IMG/VR virus record: IMGVR_UViG_3300021431_000115 | Location: 7,821 to 71,820 of that record | DNA from: a virus | Taxonomy: Duplodnaviria; Caudoviricetes | Strand: one strand, 5' to 3' | DNA: 64,000 nt | Shown here: in pieces, positions 40,398 through 49,916 of the stretch | Position numbering within the stretch: position 1 is the stretch's first letter | Layout of the letters: each line of letters begins with the position of its first letter | Made by a program: the position numbers and the translations under genes | Notes under the pieces: model-generated | What the model saw: the letters and a program-made list of their open reading frames with translations, nothing else | Database searches by the model: none | Told to the model about the DNA's origin: nothing

Positions 40398-40473
40398 TAT
40401 ATCCAGCTGGAGGGGACATACGATAATCACTCTTTTTAGAAGTTGATTTAGTTGTTGATTTAGTTTTAGCCAT
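40354..40473 (-). CDS. 39-aa basic micro-protein (not in ORF track)
   Basis: MAKTKSTTKSTSKKSDYRMSPPAGYNGNRRRYGEGGKTK*; ATG 6 bp after the preceding stop with AT-rich leader; overlaps the start of the membrane gene. Confidence 0.6.
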   Translation of the reverse strand: MAKTKSTTKSTSKKSDYRMSPPAGYNGNRRRYGEGGKTK

Positions 40474-40479
40474 AATTAT

Positions 40480-40671
40480 TCATTTAAATAAATTGTTATC
40501 TATTTTATTACTTATTAAATTAGCAAGTATGTTTCTTAGAAAATCGTTGTTATTTTCTTCATTAGCTTTAGAATCAATAAAATTGATATAAGCTATTATT
40601 TCTTTTAACATTCGATTGTTATCTCTAAGAAGAAAAAGAATTTCATCTTCTTTACTTGCAAAATTATTCAT
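40480..40671 (-). CDS. Small hypothetical protein
   Basis: 63 aa, LLRDNNRMLKEII...ENNNDFLRNILANLISN; in operon orientation. Confidence 0.6.
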   Translation of the reverse strand: MNNFASKEDEILFLLRDNNRMLKEIIAYINFIDSKANEENNNDFLRNILANLISNKIDNNLFK

Positions 40672-40700
40672 AGTTTTATACTTTGTGTTCTATTTGCACA

Positions 40701-43700
40701 TTAGCCACCTAACGCAACTATAAGTTGAGCTAGTTTCTCAGCAAGTATATGTAAACCTGTATCAGTGAGATGCACCCTGTCACTATTCAGAATTGTAGAT
40801 GGTAGTAATCCTTGATTCATATACTCAATATCCGTAGAAGTTGGAGTCATACCATACTCATACATTAGGCTTGTCGCTCCATATACCCGCCAATTAAAAA
40901 ATCTATTAGTAAACGCATTGAGAAGTGCAGTGTCTAACGATGTGTTAACTTCTGTGTGAGGATTAATTACAATTATATTGCTTGTGTTTACATAACGCTC
41001 AATCGCTTTTATACTTTCAACAAACGTTGACACATCACCAACTCCTCCGTTTGTTCCAGCCCATACAATGACCCATTGTGGATTTCTATAGTTTGTGCTT
41101 GCTTCAAGCACAATTTGTGTACCACTTGCAACAGGAATATCATGCTCTACACTCTCAATTAGAGAGATACTTGCACTATTGTCTGAAACTTTTGTAAATG
41201 TGCATTTATGTCCAAGCACATAACAAGGGGAATATTTGGCTACATCAAAGTACGTCAAATTTGTATTAACTGAAACTGTAACACTGCTTGATGCTGATGC
41301 AGGAAGAGTAAAAGCGGCTGTTGCAATAACAGGCAGACTTCCAATCCTCTCAAAAATAGAGTTTTTCCATTGACCACCTATACCTTGATTAACAACCTCA
41401 TAAGCATCTCCGAGAAAACCTTGCAGATATGTTGGATATGCTCCAGCTGTAAGAGAATCTCCATAACATATTACTTTTTTCTTCTCAGAATTTTCACTTA
41501 CATTCTTCTCTATGTATATATTAATGTCACCAAGCTCATAAGAACTTGCTACAGTAGTTGCATTGCTATGGAATATTTCAAGTATAAGGTAATTGGGGTT
41601 AAATGTGACTGAATCCTTTAGGGTAACTACATTAATGCGGTTCACTCCACTAAGATTATTGAAGAGCTTTCTATCTGTTGTCACACTTAGATTATTTGAA
41701 CTCGCCAATGTCCAGCTCCTGAAACAATATTTACTATCGACTGAAATATATTTCCAATCATTTGAATCAGAAAGAGGAATTACAAAACTTATTCCTCCAT
41801 TCTCTATATTAGATACAAATGAACCAGCTGTAGTTCTATAGTCCCAACCACCAAATACGATTGTTGGAGTTAAAATATCATAGATACTATATTTCCCATC
41901 AATAGCAGAAAGTCTAAGCGAGTTCTGATGAATTGTGTCATTAAGTTTGCTAACAACAGAGTTTTTTCTGTTAATCTTTCTCGCATTACCGATATTTATT
42001 GCGTTTGACGCAATATACAATTTAGCTCCACCTTTAGGAACATATACTGTAAAAGTTCCAACAGTGTTGTTTCTCTTACATATCAGCTTGTTATCTCTAT
42101 CAAGAATTGCGAATGTAGTGAAAGTGTTATATCCTGTAATCCCAGACACTACAAAAACATCACCTTCTTCACATTCTATAATCTTTGACCAGCCAGAAGT
42201 GTCATATGTTTCTTCTATTGTATCTCCTATGGCACACTGACCATAATCAAGCCCTGGTATATGACCTATCCTATCAATAGGAATTATAGTATCATCAGAT
42301 AATAGATGATTAATACATTCTGCATTGTCTACAATAGTATCATGCTCTGATTTAGGCTGCATCTTAAAAACGGAGTGATTTGCACCTGCAACCACCATAT
42401 AACCATCATCCTCTATGTTTACATAAGTAGTGTTTAAATCTCCACCTGCCACAGAAAACATTGTAGTAACTTTATTACCAACAACAGGTATAGTACTCTT
42501 TTTAATATAGCTAACACTGAAAGTTCCACTTGTGTTACTCCGTCTGACAACTTTGTACTTATCACCTAAATGAACTTGATAAAAGTACGTTCTGACTGTA
42601 GATATGGATTTAATGACACCAGTTGCAGTATCAACATAAGCGGCAATAGAAGATGCTCCGTCGTTAGGTAGAAGCACATAATCATATAGATTATCATCAG
42701 CAGTCTTTTCATCTCTTACATATTCAGCAATTTCACCACACTCCTTATACATCCTAAAATATTTAAAATTATTAGAGGATATAGTCATCTTAACCGCACC
42801 AGCCGGAACTTCATAAACATAATCCTTAAGAACTAACGTCTTAACGACACCACACACTTTATTACTTGAATTTCCAACAACAATAGGCCAGTAATAATTT
42901 GAATTGCTTGTAACCCATACATGATAACGTTCACCAGCCTTAACATCAATAGTTATGTGGCTTATATCATTAGATGCCTGAATTGTATTAAAATTAATGC
43001 TTGTGTTAATATTACAATTATAAACAGCTTTCACATAACCGCTAATCAAATCTTTCTGAGTGTACTCAACGGGCACACCAGCAAAACTTATATCTTCCAA
43101 TACAGTGTTTTGTGATGTATATCCACTAATCAAACTTGCAATGGCTATCTCTTCATAAAGACTTGAATCACCATACATATCAGCAACACTCGCTGCACTC
43201 CAATTTGTGCCGTCATACTTGCTTGCCGTTGATGCTCCAGCAGTGTTTGTTGATGTAACTGTGACACCAGTCTCTCCTGTATCAGATGTAATAGTCAGCG
43301 TGTTTGTTCCTCCCGTAAGACAAGTAATAGTAATAGTTCCATCATCATTGTCTGTTATAGTCCAACCTGTCACACCATTATTTAATGCTGCGACAATAGC
43401 TGTTGCTACACTTACGGCTGTGCTTTCAGAATCCACTGGAATATCTTCTGTTGACACATCACCTATCGTCACACTTATATTGCCAGCTGTGGAGAATCCG
43501 CTGACATCTACTGTAAGGATATATATTGACGGTCTTCCAATGGCATAGTCACCACTGCTGTAACTACTACCACCATTATAATCTGATACTTTTTTTAGAG
43601 CCTTCCATGTCTTGCTATTAGCTGCTTTCAAATCACCTATTTTTACTATGTCGGAAGTATTCATAGCTTTCACATCTTTTGCCATCCTTACTAAGTTGCC

Positions 43701-44342
43701 ATCAGATGTCTTTACAGCCTCATCTGCTTGATACGTCTGACCAACAGCCAAAGTACGCAGATTTCCTTTTACGTAATTCTCAATGGGTGGAAGTCCACTG
43801 AGCGATGCAATCGCATCATCTTTAGCCTCTTCAATTTCCTCAAGAGCGTCTTCTTTAGCTTGCTCCACTGTCGCAGTAGCAGCAGAGTCAGGTTCCCACG
43901 TCTCTTCAGCATCTTCCCAAGCAGTTCCATCATATCTATATATTTCAGCAGGAAATCCGTTTTCACCTAAAATAGCAGCCCAATAACCTTCAGTTATTCC
44001 TTCTGTTGGTAAATCAGTACTAGCTTTATAGATACCAGCAAACTTCTCTAATCCTTTTATTGCGTTAAATACAGCATCAGAAGAAGGAGCACCATCAGTT
44101 TTGTTTTCTTGTACAGCAGCATACAACTTTGCAATACCTTTAGTGTCTTCTGTTGCATCCGGTACATCAACATTTATAACACCTTCTTCTGTAACAGATA
44201 TAGAGTCGCCAACTATAACACTCCCTAAAGTATCATGAGTGGCTATGGTATCAACAGAACTTTGTTCTAATTCTTCTATAACTTTGTCCAAAGTTTTACC
44301 TTTATGAACAACTTCACTTGAAAAAATTTTATTATGTTTCAT
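40701..44342 (-). CDS. Tail fibre/spike receptor-binding protein with C-terminal SGNH/GDSL esterase
   Basis: 1213 aa; N-terminal fibre repeats (ATHDTLGSV, ATEDTKGIAKL), beta-rich middle, SGNH blocks GDSLT, NQGIGG, GTN, DRVH. Confidence 0.75.
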   Translation of the reverse strand: MKHNKIFSSEVVHKGKTLDKVIEELEQSSVDTIATHDTLGSVIVGDSISVTEEGVINVDVPDATEDTKGIAKLYAAVQENKTDGAPSSDAVFNAIKGLEKFAGIYKASTDLPTEGITEGYWAAILGENGFPAEIYRYDGTAWEDAEETWEPDSAATATVEQAKEDALEEIEEAKDDAIASLSGLPPIENYVKGNLRTLAVGQTYQADEAVKTSDGNLVRMAKDVKAMNTSDIVKIGDLKAANSKTWKALKKVSDYNGGSSYSSGDYAIGRPSIYILTVDVSGFSTAGNISVTIGDVSTEDIPVDSESTAVSVATAIVAALNNGVTGWTITDNDDGTITITCLTGGTNTLTITSDTGETGVTVTSTNTAGASTASKYDGTNWSAASVADMYGDSSLYEEIAIASLISGYTSQNTVLEDISFAGVPVEYTQKDLISGYVKAVYNCNINTSINFNTIQASNDISHITIDVKAGERYHVWVTSNSNYYWPIVVGNSSNKVCGVVKTLVLKDYVYEVPAGAVKMTISSNNFKYFRMYKECGEIAEYVRDEKTADDNLYDYVLLPNDGASSIAAYVDTATGVIKSISTVRTYFYQVHLGDKYKVVRRSNTSGTFSVSYIKKSTIPVVGNKVTTMFSVAGGDLNTTYVNIEDDGYMVVAGANHSVFKMQPKSEHDTIVDNAECINHLLSDDTIIPIDRIGHIPGLDYGQCAIGDTIEETYDTSGWSKIIECEEGDVFVVSGITGYNTFTTFAILDRDNKLICKRNNTVGTFTVYVPKGGAKLYIASNAINIGNARKINRKNSVVSKLNDTIHQNSLRLSAIDGKYSIYDILTPTIVFGGWDYRTTAGSFVSNIENGGISFVIPLSDSNDWKYISVDSKYCFRSWTLASSNNLSVTTDRKLFNNLSGVNRINVVTLKDSVTFNPNYLILEIFHSNATTVASSYELGDINIYIEKNVSENSEKKKVICYGDSLTAGAYPTYLQGFLGDAYEVVNQGIGGQWKNSIFERIGSLPVIATAAFTLPASASSSVTVSVNTNLTYFDVAKYSPCYVLGHKCTFTKVSDNSASISLIESVEHDIPVASGTQIVLEASTNYRNPQWVIVWAGTNGGVGDVSTFVESIKAIERYVNTSNIIVINPHTEVNTSLDTALLNAFTNRFFNWRVYGATSLMYEYGMTPTSTDIEYMNQGLLPSTILNSDRVHLTDTGLHILAEKLAQLIVALGG

Positions 44343-44351
44343 AAGTTTATA

Positions 44352-44873
44352 TTACAAGTTTTTTATAAAAGTTTTAATTTCATTAGCAAATTCAGCATCC
44401 GTTGGAACAAGATATTGACACTTAATTACTTTCCACATTGGTATTTCTATCAAAACATCATCACCGTGAGTAGGGTCAGTAGTATTCATTTTTACTTCTG
44501 GTTCACTGTCAATAATTAAATATACATAACTCTGTATCATGGCCTCTTCTTCATCAAAATTAAAGCCAACACCAAAATTAAATATTTTATACGACGTATA
44601 AGAAAAAACACTTGAATTAATTCCAACATCACAGATAATAGTTACATCAGCTTTTCCTATAGAAGCTAATATACAAGCTTTTACAAAATCTTCTTGGTTG
44701 TCTTGTGAAATAACTAAATTTTGATAATGACCATCAGTACCGTCACTAGTAAATGTCGCTTTAAATACATAACCAGCTTTATTACTAGAACTACCATTTA
44801 ACACTTTATCCAATGTCTTACCTTCTTTGGTAAGAATTTGGTCGGCTCGACCTAAAATAGCATTTGTTTTCAT
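44352..44873 (-). CDS. Hypothetical fibre-associated protein
   Basis: 173 aa; N-terminus shares KGKTLDKV/EGKTLDKV with the start of the tail fibre. Confidence 0.6.
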   Translation of the reverse strand: MKTNAILGRADQILTKEGKTLDKVLNGSSSNKAGYVFKATFTSDGTDGHYQNLVISQDNQEDFVKACILASIGKADVTIICDVGINSSVFSYTSYKIFNFGVGFNFDEEEAMIQSYVYLIIDSEPEVKMNTTDPTHGDDVLIEIPMWKVIKCQYLVPTDAEFANEIKTFIKNL

Positions 44874-44893
44874 AATTGTTTTTTTTTAAGTTA

Positions 44894-45184
44894 TTAATCG
44901 TTATAGTAATACGTCAAACTGTTTGTTGTAGCATCATATTGCAACCACCAATCTCCATTAGTAATAACATTATTAGAAGCTAATTGTGTGAAATTCCAAT
45001 TAGTAACATTCCAAAAGCTAAGTCCATCTTGCTTATAAAAACTAAAATATTTATTAGGATTTACATAACCAACATCAACACATTCTTGTTTCATAGCTTC
45101 ACTAGACCTTAAACTTTGTGTACTAGGTACAAAGCTTTTAAGATTCTTTATTAGCTTTAGAGCATTTTTTGATAGCTTTGTCAT
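44894..45184 (-). CDS. Hypothetical protein
   Basis: 96 aa, in operon orientation, overlapping the holin end. Confidence 0.55.
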   Translation of the reverse strand: MTKLSKNALKLIKNLKSFVPSTQSLRSSEAMKQECVDVGYVNPNKYFSFYKQDGLSFWNVTNWNFTQLASNNVITNGDWWLQYDATTNSLTYYYND

Positions 45185-45506
45185 GTAATTGATTTATATC
45201 ATCTTTAACATAATTCAAACCGAATTTTTCACATATAGGTCTAAATATCCAAGACCATGTTACTGGAGCAAGAATAGCACTATTAAGTATCAATCGATTA
45301 TCTACACCAAAGATAGAATAAACAATACTAACAACAATTATACTAATTATAAGAATTATTCTTTTTCTCCAAGTAGAAATCTTAAATTTAAATTTGCTTT
45401 CAGAAAGCCATTTAATAATAAGATATGTCAGAACATTTACAACGATACAAAAAGCAAAATCAAAACTAGATAATGTAGTTTCAATGGCACTAGTTATATA
45501 TTCCAT
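45138..45506 (-). CDS. Putative holin
   Basis: 122 aa, two to three hydrophobic segments, charged C-terminus. Confidence 0.55.
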   Translation of the reverse strand: MEYITSAIETTLSSFDFAFCIVVNVLTYLIIKWLSESKFKFKISTWRKRIILIISIIVVSIVYSIFGVDNRLILNSAILAPVTWSWIFRPICEKFGLNYVKDDINQLHDKAIKKCSKANKES

Positions 45507-45507
45507 A

Positions 45508-46398
45508 TTAACTTATTTGTTGTTGATACCAAGCAAGCATATCATCAAGTTTCTTTTTATAATCTCCGGTTATTCCTCCTATGTTAGTATTACCAGCAGA
45601 TGCTACAGCAGCTCTTAATATCAATCTACCATAATCATCAAAACCAAAAGAATCTGAATTGCAACTCAAAGAAATAGTCCATTTTCCATTAGGGTCACCA
45701 GTTGAAGGATTAAGTTCAGGTTGTAAGTAAACTCCTTGACCCTTACGAACATATTGAAATCCCCAATAAGTTTCGTCATAATAAGCTAAAGGATTATACA
45801 AAGAATCTACTTTTTCTTTATCACTAGCACTCATTAGACCAGCATAACTTTGTGTAGCTATTGGTATACTGATACCATTAATATCTATCTTTTCACCATT
45901 ATTATAATATACCAAAGTGAGTTCTAATCTATCTTCATAGCTTTGGTCTATTTCTATATCTAAACTATCAAAAGATTCTTTAGTGCAAATTTTATTTATA
46001 TTAGGTATAGCTGTAGCTAATATAACACCCCAGTTTAAAGATTCTAGTCGAATTAAAACATTACCTTCGTTTTGTCTATTGCCAATAATATATGTACCAG
46101 CTTCAGGAATTTCAACAGTTTCGTCGTTATAATGTCTAACATATAAATCAGTAATAGCATACGGATCATGTTCTTCTGAACCTCCACCAGAACTATTAGC
46201 ATTAATAGCTATAGGTTGCCAATAATCAGCATTGCTTAATGACACTGCTTTAGGAACAGGTTTTTTAGAAATATAACTTCGTATATTATCACTGTCTCCA
46301 GTATATACTATACAAAGTCTGTCATAAGCTTTATTAATATCATGCTTGCCATTACAAGTAATAGATACTTTTCCTAAATATTCTTTAACTAAGTTCAT
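45508..46398 (-). CDS. Tail fibre-like protein
   Basis: Likely start MNLVKEYLGKV at 46398; LGKVSIT...YDRLCIV...SYISKKPVP...YWQ is a common Bacteroidota phage fibre N-terminal domain; ATQSYAGLMSASDK fibre repeat. Confidence 0.65.
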   Translation of the reverse strand: MNLVKEYLGKVSITCNGKHDINKAYDRLCIVYTGDSDNIRSYISKKPVPKAVSLSNADYWQPIAINANSSGGGSEEHDPYAITDLYVRHYNDETVEIPEAGTYIIGNRQNEGNVLIRLESLNWGVILATAIPNINKICTKESFDSLDIEIDQSYEDRLELTLVYYNNGEKIDINGISIPIATQSYAGLMSASDKEKVDSLYNPLAYYDETYWGFQYVRKGQGVYLQPELNPSTGDPNGKWTISLSCNSDSFGFDDYGRLILRAAVASAGNTNIGGITGDYKKKLDDMLAWYQQQIS

Positions 46399-47119
46399 AA
46401 TACAACGTTTCTTCTTTAACTTCTGTCTCACCATTATAAACAACAGCAACAACAAAAGTATGTTCACCAACTTCAATATCAGTAACATCTTCAAATTTTA
46501 CTACAGGCTCTCCGTCAAATGTATAACTTATAGCTGCATCATTGTAATTTATTTCTTCTCCATTATAAGATACAAACAAATTACAACAAGCTACGACTTT
46601 GTCATCTGTATGTTTATGATAATAAGGAGTAAATTCTACATACAAACCATGTGGAGAACCAGTTGTTTCTAAATCAGATTCGCTAAGTTCAAAATGTTGA
46701 TTAAATCCATCTCCAAACTTATGAGCATAAAGTTCTCCATCTTCAGCATCGATCTCAAACTTTACTGTTTCTCCACAAGTAATGTAAGATTTAATCATTC
46801 CATTTTCATCTATAGGGAAGGTAAATTCTATTTCACCTTGAGTACCATTATAAATTTGACAAACTTTAGCTTCAACATATTTAATTAAAGTTTCAGCAAG
46901 TTTTGTCTTTCCTAGCTTTCTAGCAGCAACCGCTGCATTAAACATATTAAAACAATCAATAACGTTGCTATTTCTATCTTTGCAAGATGCTTTACAATCT
47001 TTAAGCATATCTTCACCATAGTCAGCAAGCATTACCATTATTTTATGATATACACAAACATATTCTTTTGGAATAGTTATATATACATATTCAGGATTTA
47101 TTTCAGTTCGAGCACTCAT
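46385..47119 (-). CDS. Conserved virion protein, possibly a tail hub / fibre attachment protein
   Basis: 244 aa, Cys-containing helical N-domain followed by an Ig-like C-terminus; precedes the fibre genes. Confidence 0.5.
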   Translation of the reverse strand: MSARTEINPEYVYITIPKEYVCVYHKIMVMLADYGEDMLKDCKASCKDRNSNVIDCFNMFNAAVAARKLGKTKLAETLIKYVEAKVCQIYNGTQGEIEFTFPIDENGMIKSYITCGETVKFEIDAEDGELYAHKFGDGFNQHFELSESDLETTGSPHGLYVEFTPYYHKHTDDKVVACCNLFVSYNGEEINYNDAAISYTFDGEPVVKFEDVTDIEVGEHTFVVAVVYNGETEVKEETLYYELS

Positions 47120-47352
47120 AAACTTATTACTTTGTTAAAAAGATTATCTAACTTGTCTTGTTGCTCTTCTGATAGTATATTTATATTTTGATAAGCATGA
47201 ATTAGAATGCCAGACCATTTAAGAATTGTGTCTTTATTCTTATTTGGAACATAGCCCTCATTTGTCAATGCTACAATACAATCAGAAATACTTACCACCC
47301 TTTTTTCTAAGGTGGCAAGTATTTCCTCTTTTAAACTATCTTTATACAACAT
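47116..47352 (-). CDS. Small conserved hypothetical protein
   Basis: 78 aa, translationally coupled to the next gene. Confidence 0.6.
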   Translation of the reverse strand: MLYKDSLKEEILATLEKRVVSISDCIVALTNEGYVPNKNKDTILKWSGILIHAYQNINILSEEQQDKLDNLFNKVISL

Positions 47353-47357
47353 AAACG

Positions 47358-47981
47358 TTATGTGTTAAAAATTTTGTTATTTACGTACGTGGAATACTCG
47401 CTAATACATATACCGAGTCTACTGTTAATTTGAGTGATTCTAGTAATAGAATCTTGTTCATCATAAACAATAGCTATTATGTTATCTGCAACTTCTCTAA
47501 TCCAATCGTCTTTAAGTTTAGTTGCTACATTTGTTTCTTTTACCTCATAAGCAGAAAGGGTTGAATAAAGTTTGTAGTACTCAGTACTAACAAGTTTATT
47601 TATATTTCCTGTGATTAAAGATTTATTTTTGTCAATATTATTATGAGCTATCACATTTGTACATTCTTGTACTATTTTATAAGCAAAAGCTTTAAATGCT
47701 AACTCTATTGCATTTTCACATTGACGTATTTCTTTTCTTTCGGCATCTTGTAAAGTTTTATCTAGAACACCATTTAGTTTTACTATATTAGTAGTGTTTT
47801 CTTTTATGGCATTAGCCATTTCAATAAGAGGTCTATTTCTATTCTTAGCTTTAAAGTAATCTATAACTTTTATAATAGACGTATAAATTATAAAAACTAC
47901 ACTAGAAATAATAACAGCTATATAAGATGAATTTTTTACACTTTCATTAACAATATCGTTTATTGTCTGAAAATCGTTCAT
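47358..47981 (-). CDS. Hypothetical protein with N-terminal transmembrane helix
   Basis: 207 aa; YIAVIISSVVFIIYTSII hydrophobic segment followed by helical domain. Confidence 0.65.
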   Translation of the reverse strand: MNDFQTINDIVNESVKNSSYIAVIISSVVFIIYTSIIKVIDYFKAKNRNRPLIEMANAIKENTTNIVKLNGVLDKTLQDAERKEIRQCENAIELAFKAFAYKIVQECTNVIAHNNIDKNKSLITGNINKLVSTEYYKLYSTLSAYEVKETNVATKLKDDWIREVADNIIAIVYDEQDSITRITQINSRLGICISEYSTYVNNKIFNT

Positions 47982-47995
47982 AAGATTAAAAGATT

Positions 47996-48025
47996 GTCTA
48001 CCACCCCTATAGAAGGATGGTAGAC
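47996..48025 (-). terminator. Hairpin after the capsid operon enclosing a copy of the dispersed motif
   Basis: 8-bp stem GTCTACCA / TGGTAGAC with loop CCCCTATAGAAGGA; followed by AATCTTTT on the minus strand. Confidence 0.55.
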
Positions 48026-48034
48026 TATAATAAC

Positions 48035-48916
48035 TTACTCATTAGAGTCACTTTCACTAGATAAACCTAATATTGTTTCAATAGTTTCTCTAGCAGCTGA
48101 ATCTTCAGGAACACAAATGTGAACAAGTTGACTAACACGTTCATCTCGAGTTTTAGAAGCTTTACGACCTACTGCAAAACGAAGAGTATAAACATAATAG
48201 TCTGTATCTTCTACAGTTTCTGGATAGCCAGGATAAATAGTAGGACCATCTTCATAAACATCGTTGAATCCTTTACCTGCTGCACAACGAGAAGCAAGGT
48301 CTTGAATATAAGCCTTATCTCCAAAAGCTTTACAAGCAGGAGTTTCACTGTCAAGTTCAACACCAGTAAGACCATCAGAAGGAATAACTCGGAATGCGTC
48401 ACTTTCATTATTACCTGCAAAACTAATAGTAGCACCTGAAATCTGCAAACTCATATCAAGTTGTTCAAATTGATTCTTACTAGTAAGTTGCTCATACAAA
48501 TCTTGAGCAAGTTCTTCAGCAGTCATTTCACTATTAATAGGAATAAACGTAGTAACTGTATAATTAGTACGCTCATTGAAATGCTTTCCTAATTTTGCAA
48601 TTACGATTGTATAATTCTCATTTGCTGTAGGTGTAGGAATAGTAAGAGAAGCGGCATAATTAACACCTGCTTTAGGTTCTGCTTTAGTTACCTGCAAAGT
48701 ATGATAATCTACCTCAGGAATAATAAGCGGAGTAGCGTTATCTCCACGACCTAAAACGATAGCAAAATCTTCCTTAATCTCGGCACTTGCCCAAGCAGAA
48801 GGGTCACTCAGCTTATAAAATCCGATACCACCCTTCTTCATACCAGTAAGATTCTTAGGTGAAGCAGCCGCACCATTAAGAGCAACTGTGCTATCTACAA
48901 TAAGTACTTGTTTCAT
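48035..48916 (-). CDS. Auxiliary capsid / conserved structural protein
   Basis: 293 aa, last gene of the capsid operon; YTLRFAVGR...VHICVP C-terminus; capsid-like codon usage. Confidence 0.6.
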   Translation of the reverse strand: MKQVLIVDSTVALNGAAASPKNLTGMKKGGIGFYKLSDPSAWASAEIKEDFAIVLGRGDNATPLIIPEVDYHTLQVTKAEPKAGVNYAASLTIPTPTANENYTIVIAKLGKHFNERTNYTVTTFIPINSEMTAEELAQDLYEQLTSKNQFEQLDMSLQISGATISFAGNNESDAFRVIPSDGLTGVELDSETPACKAFGDKAYIQDLASRCAAGKGFNDVYEDGPTIYPGYPETVEDTDYYVYTLRFAVGRKASKTRDERVSQLVHICVPEDSAARETIETILGLSSESDSNE

Positions 48917-48939
48917 ATTATTAAATTAATTAAAAGTTA

Positions 48940-49905
48940 TTAATCTCTATCAGCTCGGGGATTTTGTCCATATCCCTCGTTTCTGTAATTATTTCTCGTA
49001 TTCTCTCGTTGTTGTTGTTGTTCTTGTTGCTGACTAGCATATAAAGAACCATTAACTGCAACACGATACAAATCAACAGCATGTTTAACAATATCAACGT
49101 GCATGCTTTCAGGAAGATCACAATCTACATTTAATTCTTCACTAGCAATATCTTCTACATATTTAACAACTGCAGGTTTCTTAACATAAGAAATACGAAT
49201 GTTATAAGGAAGAAGATTATAGTCGAGCATATAAGAATCATCATGTCCTTGCGCCGCATAATTTTTAAACTTGTCAATATACAAATCTAAAACAGAACCA
49301 TCATAATCTTGTCTATCACTTGTTTTACTGTTATATACAACAGCTATAGGACTTCTAAGTCTAGGCTTTAACACAAAATCATTTAGTGTATCTGCAAGAA
49401 ATGCATCATCTATAAGTCTAATAGGAAAATAATTTGTTACTTCTCCATCTTCATCATACTCTACTGTGGCATTTCCATTTACTCCTCTAGTTGCAGGTTT
49501 GTAATTTATAGACATATCAACTAAAAATAAATAATCTGGAATAGATACTTTAGTATAAGAAGAACCAGGTGAAGTCCAAGCAGTACTAAGTTTACCTATT
49601 TTTGTTTCAGATTTATTAAGTTGAAACATTGCCCAAGTTATAGAACCTACTTCAGTAGGAAGTGTAGGAAGAACAGCTACAGTATAAAGAGTTCTGAAAG
49701 CATTGATTTGACCAATTTTAGAATTATCAGTAATAACTCTATCGTTGGTCAAACCAATATTTTGTTGAATTAGCTGATTGATAGTATCACTGATGCTCGT
49801 ATTTATCAATAGGTCAATCTGTTCGGGAAGAATAGCTCGAACATTTTGCATACCCATTTGTTGAGCATACTGACGAAAAGATACGTGCATTTCAGCTATG
49901 TTCAT
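48940..49905 (-). CDS. Neck/ring (head-tail adaptor) protein
   Basis: 321 aa; MNIAEMHVSFRQ...ILPEQIDLLIN and YVKKPAVV...DCDLPESMHVDIVKHAV typical of crAss ring proteins. Confidence 0.7.
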   Translation of the reverse strand: MNIAEMHVSFRQYAQQMGMQNVRAILPEQIDLLINTSISDTINQLIQQNIGLTNDRVITDNSKIGQINAFRTLYTVAVLPTLPTEVGSITWAMFQLNKSETKIGKLSTAWTSPGSSYTKVSIPDYLFLVDMSINYKPATRGVNGNATVEYDEDGEVTNYFPIRLIDDAFLADTLNDFVLKPRLRSPIAVVYNSKTSDRQDYDGSVLDLYIDKFKNYAAQGHDDSYMLDYNLLPYNIRISYVKKPAVVKYVEDIASEELNVDCDLPESMHVDIVKHAVDLYRVAVNGSLYASQQQEQQQQRENTRNNYRNEGYGQNPRADRD

Positions 49906-49916
49906 AATTACGAGTA

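Noticed and set aside
40701-46398. Diversity-generating retroelement or invertible fibre system
   Set aside because: No reverse transcriptase or recombinase gene and no template/variable repeat pair was seen in the window
46399-46494. N-terminal extension of ORF 45508..46494
   Set aside because: Overlaps the upstream gene out of frame; ATG at 46398 gives the recognisable fibre N-terminus
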